Origin: an uncultured Gammaproteobacteria bacterium
GTDB lineage: Bacteria > Patescibacteriota > Microgenomatia > PFEM01 > JAPLYW01
NCBI GenBank assembly: GCA_965230945.1
Contig: OZ246397.1
Span: forward strand, 304,749 to 368,748
Direction of reading: 5' to 3'
DNA: 64,000 nucleotides
In this document: positions 48,697-57,703 of the stretch, one piece after another
How positions within the stretch are numbered: the stretch's first letter is position 1
Layout of the letters: each line of letters starts with the position of its first letter
Program-made: the position numbers and the translations under genes
Notes under the pieces: generated by a model
Database searches by the model: none
Seen by the model: the letters and a program-made list of their open reading frames with translations, nothing else
Told to the model about the DNA's origin: nothing

Positions 48697-50382
48697 TTAC
48701 ATTCCCATCATCCCACCTGGCGTTGGGGCTTTCTCTTCATCAGTTTTTAAATCTGTAATTAAACCTTCAGTAGTAAGAATCATCATGGCCACAGAGACAG
48801 CATTTTGAAGAGCGATTCGAGTTACCTTAACTGGGTCAATAATCCCAGCTTTAATCATATCGACATATTCTAAATTCATAACATCATAACCTATGCCCCT
48901 TGGCTTGTTCTTTATCTCTTCTATAACAGCATCACCATTTTGGCCTGCGTTTTGAACGATAAGCCTCATTGGGGCTAATAAAGCTTCTTTCAATACATTA
49001 AGACCGGCAACTTCGTCACCCTCGGCAGAAATCTCATCGGGTGTTTTTTCTTCAGTTGTTTTGTCCTTTTCACCAACACCCTCTAAGAGTTTATTGTTTA
49101 AAGTCTTAGACGCTTCAAGTAATACTACTCCACCTCCAGGAACGATACCTTCTTCAATGGCGGCTTTAGTAGCAGCCACAGCATCTTTAACTCTTTCTTG
49201 CTTCTCTTTCATTTCCGTTTCCGTAGCCGCTCCTACTTCAATGACAGCTACTCCACCTGAAAGTTTAGCCAATCTTTCCTCTAATTTTTCTTTGTCAAAA
49301 TCAGACGTAGTCCTTTCAATTTCCGCCTTTATTTGTTTAATCCTGCCTTTAATTTGAGCTTTAATCCCTTTACCGCCGACAATAACAGTATTATCTTTAT
49401 CAGTAGTAATGCGGTCGGCTTGACCTAGATCTTCAATTTCAATGTCTTCAAGCTTACGACCAAGATCCTGAGAAATAACCGTTCCCCCAGTTAAAATGGC
49501 GATATCTTCTAACATCTCTTTTCTACGATCACCAAAGCCAGGCGCTTCTACCGCTAAAACATTGAAAGTTCCTCTTAATTTATTAACTACCAAGGTAGCT
49601 AAGGCTTCTGCTTCAACTTCATCAGCAATAATAACTAAGTTCTTGGAAACTTTAACTAATTTCTCTAAAAATGGCAGTAACTCTTGAATGGAAGAAATCT
49701 TTTTATCAGTTAAAAGAATGTAGGGATTCTCAATGTTGGCTTCCATACTGTCAGAATTGGTAACAAAGTAAGGAGAAATATAACCCTTATCAAACTCCAT
49801 TCCCTCTTTGTAATCAATTACCAGCTCCAAACCCTTCCCTTCCTCAACTGTCACTACCCCATCTGGACCAACCTTTTTAATTGCTTTGGCAATTTTTGCC
49901 CCAATTTCGGCATTTTGGGCAGAAATGGTGGCTACCTGAGTAATTTTTCTGGAGTCATTTTTAATAGGCTTTGCCTGGCCCTTAATCGATTTAACAACCC
50001 AATCAACCGCTTTCTTAATTCCTTGGTTTAAAACCATCGGGCTAGCAGGGACTGGTTCTCTATTAAGCATTTTCATTCCTTCATCAACAATTGCTTGTGC
50101 TAAAATGGTCGCTGTACTTGTCCCATCGCCGGTAATATCATTTGTTTTCTCAGCGGCTTCTTTAACAAGTTGAGCCCCCATGTTCTCAAAAGGATCTTCC
50201 AGCTCAATTTCCTTAGCGACGCTAACGCCATCATGAACGACAGATGGAGCTCCCCATTTTTTATCTAGAGCCACGTTTCTGCCTTTAGGACCTAAGGTTG
50301 TCCCTACTGCCTTAGCCACAGCATCAACACCCTTTTTTAATTTTTCTCTTGCTTCAGCAGAATATTTAAATTGTTTTGGCAT
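48697..50382 (-). CDS. groL: Chaperonin GroEL
   Basis: [43 protein letters not shown] tail. Confidence 0.99.
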   Translation of the reverse strand: MPKQFKYSAEAREKLKKGVDAVAKAVGTTLGPKGRNVALDKKWGAPSVVHDGVSVAKEIELEDPFENMGAQLVKEAAEKTNDITGDGTSTATILAQAIVDEGMKMLNREPVPASPMVLNQGIKKAVDWVVKSIKGQAKPIKNDSRKITQVATISAQNAEIGAKIAKAIKKVGPDGVVTVEEGKGLELVIDYKEGMEFDKGYISPYFVTNSDSMEANIENPYILLTDKKISSIQELLPFLEKLVKVSKNLVIIADEVEAEALATLVVNKLRGTFNVLAVEAPGFGDRRKEMLEDIAILTGGTVISQDLGRKLEDIEIEDLGQADRITTDKDNTVIVGGKGIKAQIKGRIKQIKAEIERTTSDFDKEKLEERLAKLSGGVAVIEVGAATETEMKEKQERVKDAVAATKAAIEEGIVPGGGVVLLEASKTLNNKLLEGVGEKDKTTEEKTPDEISAEGDEVAGLNVLKEALLAPMRLIVQNAGQNGDAVIEEIKNKPRGIGYDVMNLEYVDMIKAGIIDPVKVTRIALQNAVSVAMMILTTEGLITDLKTDEEKAPTPGGMMGM

Positions 50383-50388
50383 AAGTTC

Positions 50389-50706
50389 TTATTTAATAAT
50401 GGCTAAAACATCTTCAAATTTAACAAAGATAAATTCTTTACCTGAAGTTCCAAACTTAACCTCATCGCCGCCCCACTTTTTGTAAATAACCATGTCGCCA
50501 ACTTTAAACTCAGGGACTACCCTTTGGCCATTTTTATAAATAGGTTTACCAATCGATATAATCTTTCCCTTTTGTGATTTTTCGTCATGAGTATCAGGTA
50601 AAACAATACCGGTAGCGGTTTTTTTCTCCATGGCTACCGGTTCAATCAAAACGTAACCAGCTAACGGTTTAATTTTAGATATAGAGCTATTTGATTCTTT
50701 CTTCAT
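50389..50706 (-). CDS. groS: Co-chaperonin GroES
   Basis: IKPL..YVLIEP, KTATGIVLPD, KVGD.V.Y.KWGG, EDVLAI. Confidence 0.97.
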   Translation of the reverse strand: MKKESNSSISKIKPLAGYVLIEPVAMEKKTATGIVLPDTHDEKSQKGKIISIGKPIYKNGQRVVPEFKVGDMVIYKKWGGDEVKFGTSGKEFIFVKFEDVLAIIK

Positions 50707-50762
50707 CTTTAATTGGTAAATTTGAAGTTTAAAAAAGTTATCACTTAAAGATAACTTTTGCT

Positions 50763-50791
50763 ATTTTAACAATCGCTTATTTTATTGTCAA
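50763..50791 (-). promoter_or_regulatory. sigma70 promoter of groES-groEL
   Basis: TTGACA-17 bp-TAAAAT with TG extension. Confidence 0.8.
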
Positions 50792-51390
50792 GAAGCATCA
50801 CTTAGCCAACTGAAACTCTCTACAAGATTTAAGAAAACTCCATTAGAGAAAACCTCTTCTCTCTGTCCTCGAACAATAGATGTACTAATAATAAGAATAA
50901 GTTCGCCTTTCCTAAAGGCAAAACCTCCTTTACCGGTAGGCTCTAAAGCAGCCTTGGGGATAAAAAACTTAATTATTTCGTAATTGTTTATTCTTGCTTT
51001 TTGAGTCCAACTAACTCCTCCTTCAAAATCCTTAAAATAACCACGCAAGAAACTCTCTAAAGAAATCGTCAGTGGTTGACTGTAAAGATCAACAAAATAA
51101 TTCACCTTAGTAGGATTAAGGGTTATTTGGTAAAGATGCTCCTGAGAGGGTGTAATTTTTTCTTCTAGAGGTAAATCCCAAAAGGCTGGATAAGAAAAGG
51201 AAAAACCATACTCTTGATTAGTGTAGTTAGTAAATTTAACTACCGCTGTTGGCGTAGGACTAATTTCCATCTCTAGCTGATTCTCAATCTTACTATCAAA
51301 AGATCTAAAGCCTCTTTTAATTGAAAAAAATACCAGAAAGGTAACTAGAGCTAGGATAAAGATGATAATGACAACAAATCTTTTATTCAT
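50788..51390 (-). CDS. Membrane-anchored PsbP/Mog1-like protein
   Basis: N-terminal TM, YTNQEYGFSFSYP..W, C-terminal F..LVESF. Confidence 0.65.
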   Translation of the reverse strand: MNKRFVVIIIFILALVTFLVFFSIKRGFRSFDSKIENQLEMEISPTPTAVVKFTNYTNQEYGFSFSYPAFWDLPLEEKITPSQEHLYQITLNPTKVNYFVDLYSQPLTISLESFLRGYFKDFEGGVSWTQKARINNYEIIKFFIPKAALEPTGKGGFAFRKGELILIISTSIVRGQREEVFSNGVFLNLVESFSWLSDAS

Positions 51391-51395
51391 CTGGG

Positions 51396-52145
51396 TTATT
51401 CTAAAAAAGTTAAAAGAGTCATTAAGCCGATTCCCAAAAGTAAACCTAAAAGCTGAAGAGCTGATTTAGAAATATTATTTTCCTTTTTAAGTTCGGGAAT
51501 AAGATCAGCAGAAGCAATGTAAATAAAACCACCAGCAGTAAAGGGAATAATCAAAGGGATTATTCCTATAAATTTAGAACCTAAAATTAAAGCCAAAACA
51601 ACTCCCAAAACGGCTGTTAAGGCAGAAAGAAAATTAAAAAAGAGGGCTTTCTTCTTAGAAAAACCACCGTAAATCAAAACACCAAAGTCGCCAATTTCTT
51701 GAGGAATTTCATGAAGAACCACGGCAACAGTGGTGGCTATTCCTAAAGGAAAACTTACCAAAAATCCTGCGGCAATAACGACCCCATCAATAAAATTATG
51801 AAAAGCATCACCTACCAAATTCATAAAGACTAAAGGATGAGGATGTTGCTTAGTCGTAAGAATATGACAATGACGCCAGAGAATAAACTTTTCTAAAATA
51901 AAAAAGAATAAAACACCAACTAAAATTGAAAGAGAAAAGCTAAAACTTATTCCCAGTTCTTTTATGGCTTCAGGAATAAGATGAATAAAAGCACCTCCTA
52001 AAAGCCCTCCCACAGCAAAGCTAACCAAAAAAAACAATATTTTTTGAAGAAGCTGTTTTTTAACAGCCAAGAAGAAAAGACCGATAAAGGCAATTAAGCT
52101 AACAATAAAAACACTTAAAATGGAAGCTAACCAAACACTCGTCAT
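51396..52145 (-). CDS. ZIP-family metal transporter
   Basis: HLIPEA, GDAFHNFIDG, HEIPQEIGDF, GGFIYIASADLIPE. Confidence 0.95.
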   Translation of the reverse strand: MTSVWLASILSVFIVSLIAFIGLFFLAVKKQLLQKILFFLVSFAVGGLLGGAFIHLIPEAIKELGISFSFSLSILVGVLFFFILEKFILWRHCHILTTKQHPHPLVFMNLVGDAFHNFIDGVVIAAGFLVSFPLGIATTVAVVLHEIPQEIGDFGVLIYGGFSKKKALFFNFLSALTAVLGVVLALILGSKFIGIIPLIIPFTAGGFIYIASADLIPELKKENNISKSALQLLGLLLGIGLMTLLTFLE

Positions 52146-52324
52146 TTAATCTTTAACCTTTCTAGTCTTTTTTTGTATTCTAACATAGTCTTTTGAGAAC
52201 AATCCTGAGGATGAAACAAAACTCGTCCTTCCTCCACAACCTCAGTAGTACGACGAGGAGCCATGTACTTTTTTTGTAGCTGGTAAGCTAGTTTTTCCAG
52301 TTGCCTAAGAATCTTTCTACCCAT
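52142..52324 (-). CDS. Short ORF, probably the -1-frame C-terminal part of the upstream nucleotidyltransferase
   Basis: Overlaps the upstream ORF by 37 nt in the -1 frame and ends exactly at the ZIP start (ATGA overlap). Confidence 0.55.
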   Translation of the reverse strand: MGRKILRQLEKLAYQLQKKYMAPRRTTEVVEEGRVLFHPQDCSQKTMLEYKKRLERLKIK

Positions 52325-52932
52325 TGGTTTTGTTTTAGTAATTTTTGATAAAGGTTATCTTTTTGCCAAAGAGGTTTCAGCTGTAAAATCTCATGAGCTG
52401 AAAATAAATTCTGCTCTTTTTTAGGAATTTTTAAATGATTCTCATCCAAGAACATATTCAAGCAAATTTTATCTTTAACCTGGGTCTCTTTAGGATGACG
52501 CCTCTTGCCTGAAATCTCAATGAGGACAACGACCAGAAAACGACTCAACCATAAACGACCTCTAGCGGTGACAACCAAAAAATCAATATCGTCGTCTTGA
52601 TTAGCATTACCCATAGCCAAATTGCCGGTAACCGCCACCATCTTTAGAAAAGGAACTATTTTTAAAATATGAGCTATTTTTTGGGCTACTCTTAATTTTT
52701 TTTGGCAATACTTCTCTTTGTTTCGCCTGGTTTTGATAATCTTTTGCCTGCCTTTGAGAAAAAAATAATCTCCTTTATGGCCAATTTGTCCTTTTTCAAT
52801 ATCCCTCAAAGAAAAGTTTCTTTTTTGAGGAGTAATTAAAAACTTTTTTAATTGCTCAAAGGTAAGAGGATAATCGAAAACATCAGCATAAACTACCGTC
52901 TTTAAAATACTTTTCTGCAGGGTATCCATCAT
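52288..52932 (-). CDS. Pol-beta-superfamily nucleotidyltransferase-domain protein
   Basis: VAVTGNLAMG....DDDIDFLVV (GS/DxD-type motif), KDKICLNMF. Confidence 0.75.
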   Translation of the reverse strand: MMDTLQKSILKTVVYADVFDYPLTFEQLKKFLITPQKRNFSLRDIEKGQIGHKGDYFFLKGRQKIIKTRRNKEKYCQKKLRVAQKIAHILKIVPFLKMVAVTGNLAMGNANQDDDIDFLVVTARGRLWLSRFLVVVLIEISGKRRHPKETQVKDKICLNMFLDENHLKIPKKEQNLFSAHEILQLKPLWQKDNLYQKLLKQNQWVERFLGNWKN

Positions 52933-52937
52933 TTAAA

Positions 52938-54863
52938 CTACCTAACCGTATAGCTACCAATCCCATATTGAGAAAGAAGTTGGCTAACTCCCTGAGCAGT
53001 GGTGCTTAACATCTCCGTAGCAGAAGTACCCGAATTAACACCATTAACGGCATCTTCAAAATACTTAATCATGCGGTCATTAAGACCATTATCAAAAGTT
53101 CGAGAACAAAGATACCAGGTTTTAGCTTTATTGGCTTGATTTACAAAAGGGGCTACCATAGCATTACTGACCGACAAGCCAGCCATATCCATTCTCGGAT
53201 AAGGCTCACCAAATAAACGCACTTGAGATTGAGTTTGGTAAAGCTTCTGGAGGCTTTCTTTAGAAGACAAAAACTTTAAAAACTCCCAGGCTTGTTTAGA
53301 ATTTTGGCTTCTCTTAGCTACCCCTTCTACCCAAAAAGAGGCCCAGTTAATTTCCGTATCAGGCAATTGAGGGACAGCCACAACCTTAAATTTTAAATTA
53401 GGATTGATGTTTTTAATCTCAAAAACATCCCAGGAATAACCAAAAAACATGGCTACTTTACCGGTAGCAAAGGCAAGAGTAGAGGCAGGTAAGGTTCCAT
53501 TCCAAACATTATCTGTTTTATTAAAAATGGTGTAATAAGTGAGGGCGTCTGCGGCTAACTGACTGGTAGGATTGGCGAGATTAACCCCATTTTGTAACAT
53601 CATCAAGCCCAAAATATCCGGCCAATGTTCAACATTAGCAGTTGTCCCTAGAGCTACGCCGGCTGTCTGAATTCTCCCTCCTTCATCATAAGTAGTCAGA
53701 TCAATGGCTATTTGCCGTAGCTGATCCCAAGAAGTCGGCGGAGTTTTACCTCCAGCCTGAAAAATATCCTCATTATAAAACAAAGCCAGGGTATCTATAC
53801 CTAAAGGCAACCCTAAAAAGGAAGTTTCTGAACGAAGGTTATTTTTGACCACCGGAAAGTAAGTATTTTCAAAACTGGCCGCGCTCATAACTTCAGAAGG
53901 AACAGGACTAAGTTCATTTTTCAACATCGGCACCCAGGTAATATGAAAACGGAAAACATCAGGACCTTCGTTACGAGCTAAGGCTGATTGGAGTCTTTCT
54001 CGATATTCTCTAGGTGATTGTTGAAGATAGTTGATTTTTACCTGGGGGTTTTTCTTCTCCCATTCACTAATAATTCCCTTCATGACCGTTTCTGGTTCCC
54101 AAAGGCCCCAGTAGGTTAAACTTACCTCTTTGGGTTTTTGAAAACGAGGTAAGACCAGTTTAAAAATAGCCAAACCACCTAAAACCAAAAGCGCCAAAAC
54201 TAGTAAAAAGGGTAAGACTTTTTTTAATCCCCCTTTGGAACCTTGCTCAGCAGTCAATTCAGCCATGACTGCCTGCTTTGCAGAATCATCAACTGGCAAT
54301 GATGAACTTGCTAAAGGAGCCGCCATTGCTTCTTTAACTGGAACCCCTTTTTCTGGTAAGGGTTCTGCCCTCTCCCAGGGTGGTGATAAAGGTTTTGATT
54401 CTTCTTTAAAATGTACCTTCTCCACCTTAGGCTGAACTGTCCCTTGCCAAGGAGGAGATACGGCCTTTTGGGAAGGAGCAAAAGGTTTGCTAGAGCCTAA
54501 GTTCTCCCCAGATCCAAAGCCCTTTTTAAATGCCGTTGTTGACTGACCTTGAAAAGAAGAAGGTTGTTGGCTGCTAGTTGAAAAAGATTTTTTAAAACCA
54601 GGAGGTGTTGGTTTCAATGCGGGTTGAGTTGGACTTTGCCAGGAAGGCTTCGGCCTTGCATCTGCAGGAGTAAATAAGGGCCCTTTTTTATTAAATCCTT
54701 TGCTACTAAAATCAGGCTTGTTAAAAGAGGGCTTATTAAAAGAACTGCTAGGAAATTGCGGTCGAAAACCACTCTGGCTCCCTGGAACAGTACCAGTTGG
54801 TTTTTTTAAAGAAGGATTTAAACTTTGACCTTTTAAAGAAGATTGCTTTTCATCAGGCATCAT
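52938..54863 (-). CDS. Sugar-type solute-binding protein with long low-complexity N-terminus
   Basis: About 215 aa rich in P/S/K/Q/F, then a TM, then SBP motifs (LTYWGLWE, GPDVF, LALFYN.D.F, PP.SWD, F..GKVAM, AWEFLKFL). Confidence 0.85.
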   Translation of the reverse strand: MMPDEKQSSLKGQSLNPSLKKPTGTVPGSQSGFRPQFPSSSFNKPSFNKPDFSSKGFNKKGPLFTPADARPKPSWQSPTQPALKPTPPGFKKSFSTSSQQPSSFQGQSTTAFKKGFGSGENLGSSKPFAPSQKAVSPPWQGTVQPKVEKVHFKEESKPLSPPWERAEPLPEKGVPVKEAMAAPLASSSLPVDDSAKQAVMAELTAEQGSKGGLKKVLPFLLVLALLVLGGLAIFKLVLPRFQKPKEVSLTYWGLWEPETVMKGIISEWEKKNPQVKINYLQQSPREYRERLQSALARNEGPDVFRFHITWVPMLKNELSPVPSEVMSAASFENTYFPVVKNNLRSETSFLGLPLGIDTLALFYNEDIFQAGGKTPPTSWDQLRQIAIDLTTYDEGGRIQTAGVALGTTANVEHWPDILGLMMLQNGVNLANPTSQLAADALTYYTIFNKTDNVWNGTLPASTLAFATGKVAMFFGYSWDVFEIKNINPNLKFKVVAVPQLPDTEINWASFWVEGVAKRSQNSKQAWEFLKFLSSKESLQKLYQTQSQVRLFGEPYPRMDMAGLSVSNAMVAPFVNQANKAKTWYLCSRTFDNGLNDRMIKYFEDAVNGVNSGTSATEMLSTTAQGVSQLLSQYGIGSYTVR

Positions 54864-54883
54864 CTAATGTTATCATAGACAAG

Positions 54884-56671
54884 ATGAATAAAAAAGTTCA
54901 AGGGACAAAAAAAGAACTAAAGAAAGCCATTTTAAAATGGCTTTTGACCAGTCTTTTTACTCTTTTGCTTTTGTTTTTTATTGTCTATCATCTAGCTTAT
55001 CTAAAAAAGATTTATCCAGGGGTAAGCATCGCTTATCAACCAGTAGGTAATAAAACTATCAGCGAAGCCTCAATTGTTTTAAATAATTACTTGGCTGAAA
55101 AGAAACCTGCCAAGCTATACTTTTTTTCTGAAACTGAACAAGAATGGGAAGCTAATCTTGAAGAATTAAACTTTTTTTATGATGTCGGTTTGAGTGTCGA
55201 AAAAGCTTATCAGATTGGCCGCAGTACCCAACCCCTCAAGGATCTTCAAGTCAAAACCAAAAGCTGGTTTAAAGCAACCAACATTGGTCTAGAATACTCA
55301 CTTGATCAAAATCTTTTAGAAAGCAAAGTGGCTACTATTGCCGGCCAGATTTTTATTCCTGCCATTGAACCAACCATCAAGATCGTCGAAGCTACTCCGG
55401 CTGGTCAAACTTCAAGAATTTCCATTGAACAAGGCAAAAACGGCCAAGAACTAGATAAAAGAAAACTCATGGCTTTAATTAATCAACAAATTGCTCAAGT
55501 TGATTTTCAATCAATTAACCTACCGGTAATTCATATCTCCCCAATTTTAACTGAAGAACAAATTGAAAATACTCGTTTTAGGGCCGAAAAATTTTTAAAT
55601 AAGAAACTCCTTTTAAAAACTAAAGAGAACAGTTGGCAACTCGAAGAAAAAGAATTAATCGAACTTTTATCTTTTAGCAACGGTTTTAATCAAGACAAAA
55701 TTGCTGATTGGGCTAAAAATTTAGCCTCAGTCGTCAACCGCCTTCCCCAAAACGCTACCTTTCGTTTTTCAGAAGGCAAAGTCATTGAATTTAAACCGGC
55801 CCAGGAAGGTAAAAAACTAGAAGAGAAAAAAACTATTGATTTCATCGCTCAAGCTTTAGCTCAACTTGAAGAAGAAGAAAGCCAAGTCAATATCAATCTT
55901 CCAGTAATCACCAGCCAACCAGCCATTAAAACAGCCGATGTTAATAGCTTGGGTATCAAAGAACTTGTTGGTAAGGGCACTTCTTACTTTAGAGGATCAA
56001 TCACTTCCAGGATTCATAATATCAAACTTGCTTCTTCAAAGCTAAACGGCCTTTTGATTCCTCCTGGAGAAATCTTTTCTTTTAATCAAGCTTTGGGAGA
56101 AGTTTCTCTATCTACTGGTTATAAAGAAGCCTACATTATTAGGGATGGCCGCACTGTTTTAGGTGACGGAGGTGGCGTTTGCCAGGTTTCTACCACCTTA
56201 TTTAGAGCCGCTTTAGATGCTGGCCTGCCCATCGTCGAACGCAAGGCTCATGCTTATCGTGTCTCTTATTACGAACAAAACTCACCCGTAGGTCTGGATG
56301 CAACTGTCTTTAGTCCCACCGCCGATTTAAAAATTAAAAATGACACCCCTGTTCATCTTCTTATCCAAACTTCCGTTGACAACCAAAACTACCGCTTGGT
56401 TTTTAAGCTTTATGGCGCCCATGACGGCCGCAGTGTAAATATCTCTAAGTCTCGGATATGGGATCAGTCTCCTCCTCCTCCAGATTTATATCAAGACGAT
56501 CCCAGCCTGCCGACAGGACAAATTAAGCAAATCGATTGGAAATCATGGGGAGCCAAAGTTGCCTTTGATTACAAGGTAGAACGCTTTGGTGAGATTTTAC
56601 AAAAGCAAACTTTTTACTCCAATTTTCGACCTTGGCAGGCTATCTATCTAAGAGGAACCGGACCCCATTAA
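54884..56671 (+). CDS. VanW-family protein with peptidoglycan-binding-type region
   Basis: RIHNI, PGEIFSFN, GGGVCQVSTTLFRAAL.AGLPIVER.AH.Y, GLDATV, DLKIKNDT. Start set to the ATG at 54884. Confidence 0.92.
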   Translation: MNKKVQGTKKELKKAILKWLLTSLFTLLLLFFIVYHLAYLKKIYPGVSIAYQPVGNKTISEASIVLNNYLAEKKPAKLYFFSETEQEWEANLEELNFFYDVGLSVEKAYQIGRSTQPLKDLQVKTKSWFKATNIGLEYSLDQNLLESKVATIAGQIFIPAIEPTIKIVEATPAGQTSRISIEQGKNGQELDKRKLMALINQQIAQVDFQSINLPVIHISPILTEEQIENTRFRAEKFLNKKLLLKTKENSWQLEEKELIELLSFSNGFNQDKIADWAKNLASVVNRLPQNATFRFSEGKVIEFKPAQEGKKLEEKKTIDFIAQALAQLEEEESQVNINLPVITSQPAIKTADVNSLGIKELVGKGTSYFRGSITSRIHNIKLASSKLNGLLIPPGEIFSFNQALGEVSLSTGYKEAYIIRDGRTVLGDGGGVCQVSTTLFRAALDAGLPIVERKAHAYRVSYYEQNSPVGLDATVFSPTADLKIKNDTPVHLLIQTSVDNQNYRLVFKLYGAHDGRSVNISKSRIWDQSPPPPDLYQDDPSLPTGQIKQIDWKSWGAKVAFDYKVERFGEILQKQTFYSNFRPWQAIYLRGTGPH

Positions 56672-56672
56672 A

Positions 56673-57695
56673 ATGAAGATTCTAGGTATTGAGACCAGCT
56701 GTGACGAAACTGCAGCCGCCCTAATCCAAGACGGCCAAAAGATGATCAACAATGTTGTCGCTTCCTCTGTTAATCTACATAAAAAAACTGGCGGGATTAT
56801 CCCTGAAGTAGCTGCCAGAGAACAACTAAAATATATTATCCCTGTTATTGAACAAGCCTTAGGAAAAAGGATTAATAGAAAACAGCCATCCATTGATGCC
56901 TTGGCAGTAACCGTTGGTCCAGGATTAATTGGCAGTCTTCTAATAGGCGTCGAAACAGCCAAAACCTTAGCCTATCTTTGGCAAAAACCCATCGTTTCTG
57001 TAAACCATCTTCAAGCTCATCTTTACGCTAACTTTTTAGAACAAAAAGCGCCTTCTTTCCCCGCCCTAGGACTAGTCGTCTCCGGCGGTCATACTGATTT
57101 GGTTCTAATAAAAAGCCATCAAGAAATTAAATGGCTGGGTGGTACCAGAGATGATGCCGCTGGTGAATGTTTTGATAAATGCGCTCGTCTCCTTGGTCTT
57201 GGCTATCCAGGCGGTCCAGCCATCAGCGGAGAAGCTAAAGATTTTAAGAAAGAAAAATCAAGCATCAGCTTACCAAGACCAATGCTGAAAACTAATGACT
57301 TTGATTTTTCCTTTTCTGGTTTAAAAACAGCCGTCCTAAGTAAGGTTAATAACCTTAAAGAAAAAAATCAATTTAATCAGCAAATTATTAAAGAGTTTGC
57401 TTTTGAAATCCAAGAAGCCATTGTTGATGTTTTAATAGAAAAAGCTTTTAAGGCTAGCCAAAAATATGAGATTAAAGCCTTACTTTTAGCCGGCGGAGTA
57501 ACCGCCAATCCCCGTCTAAGGGAAAAAATAAAGAACAAACTAGGTAAAAACTATCCTTTATTTATCCCGCCAGCAAATCTCTGCACTGATAATGCTGCCT
57601 CCATTGCTGCCTGTGCCTATTTTAACTTTCAACCTCAACCTTGGCCTAAAATCCAAGCCGACTCTAGCTTGGAAATTGAAGAAATGATAAAATAA
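56673..57695 (+). CDS. tsaD: tRNA N6-adenosine threonylcarbamoyltransferase
   Basis: ILGIETSCDET, GPGL.GSL, NHLQAH, VSGGHT, DDAAGE.FDK, FSFSGLKT, CTDNA. Confidence 0.97.
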   Translation: MKILGIETSCDETAAALIQDGQKMINNVVASSVNLHKKTGGIIPEVAAREQLKYIIPVIEQALGKRINRKQPSIDALAVTVGPGLIGSLLIGVETAKTLAYLWQKPIVSVNHLQAHLYANFLEQKAPSFPALGLVVSGGHTDLVLIKSHQEIKWLGGTRDDAAGECFDKCARLLGLGYPGGPAISGEAKDFKKEKSSISLPRPMLKTNDFDFSFSGLKTAVLSKVNNLKEKNQFNQQIIKEFAFEIQEAIVDVLIEKAFKASQKYEIKALLLAGGVTANPRLREKIKNKLGKNYPLFIPPANLCTDNAASIAACAYFNFQPQPWPKIQADSSLEIEEMIK

Positions 57696-57703
57696 CCTCC
57701 AAG

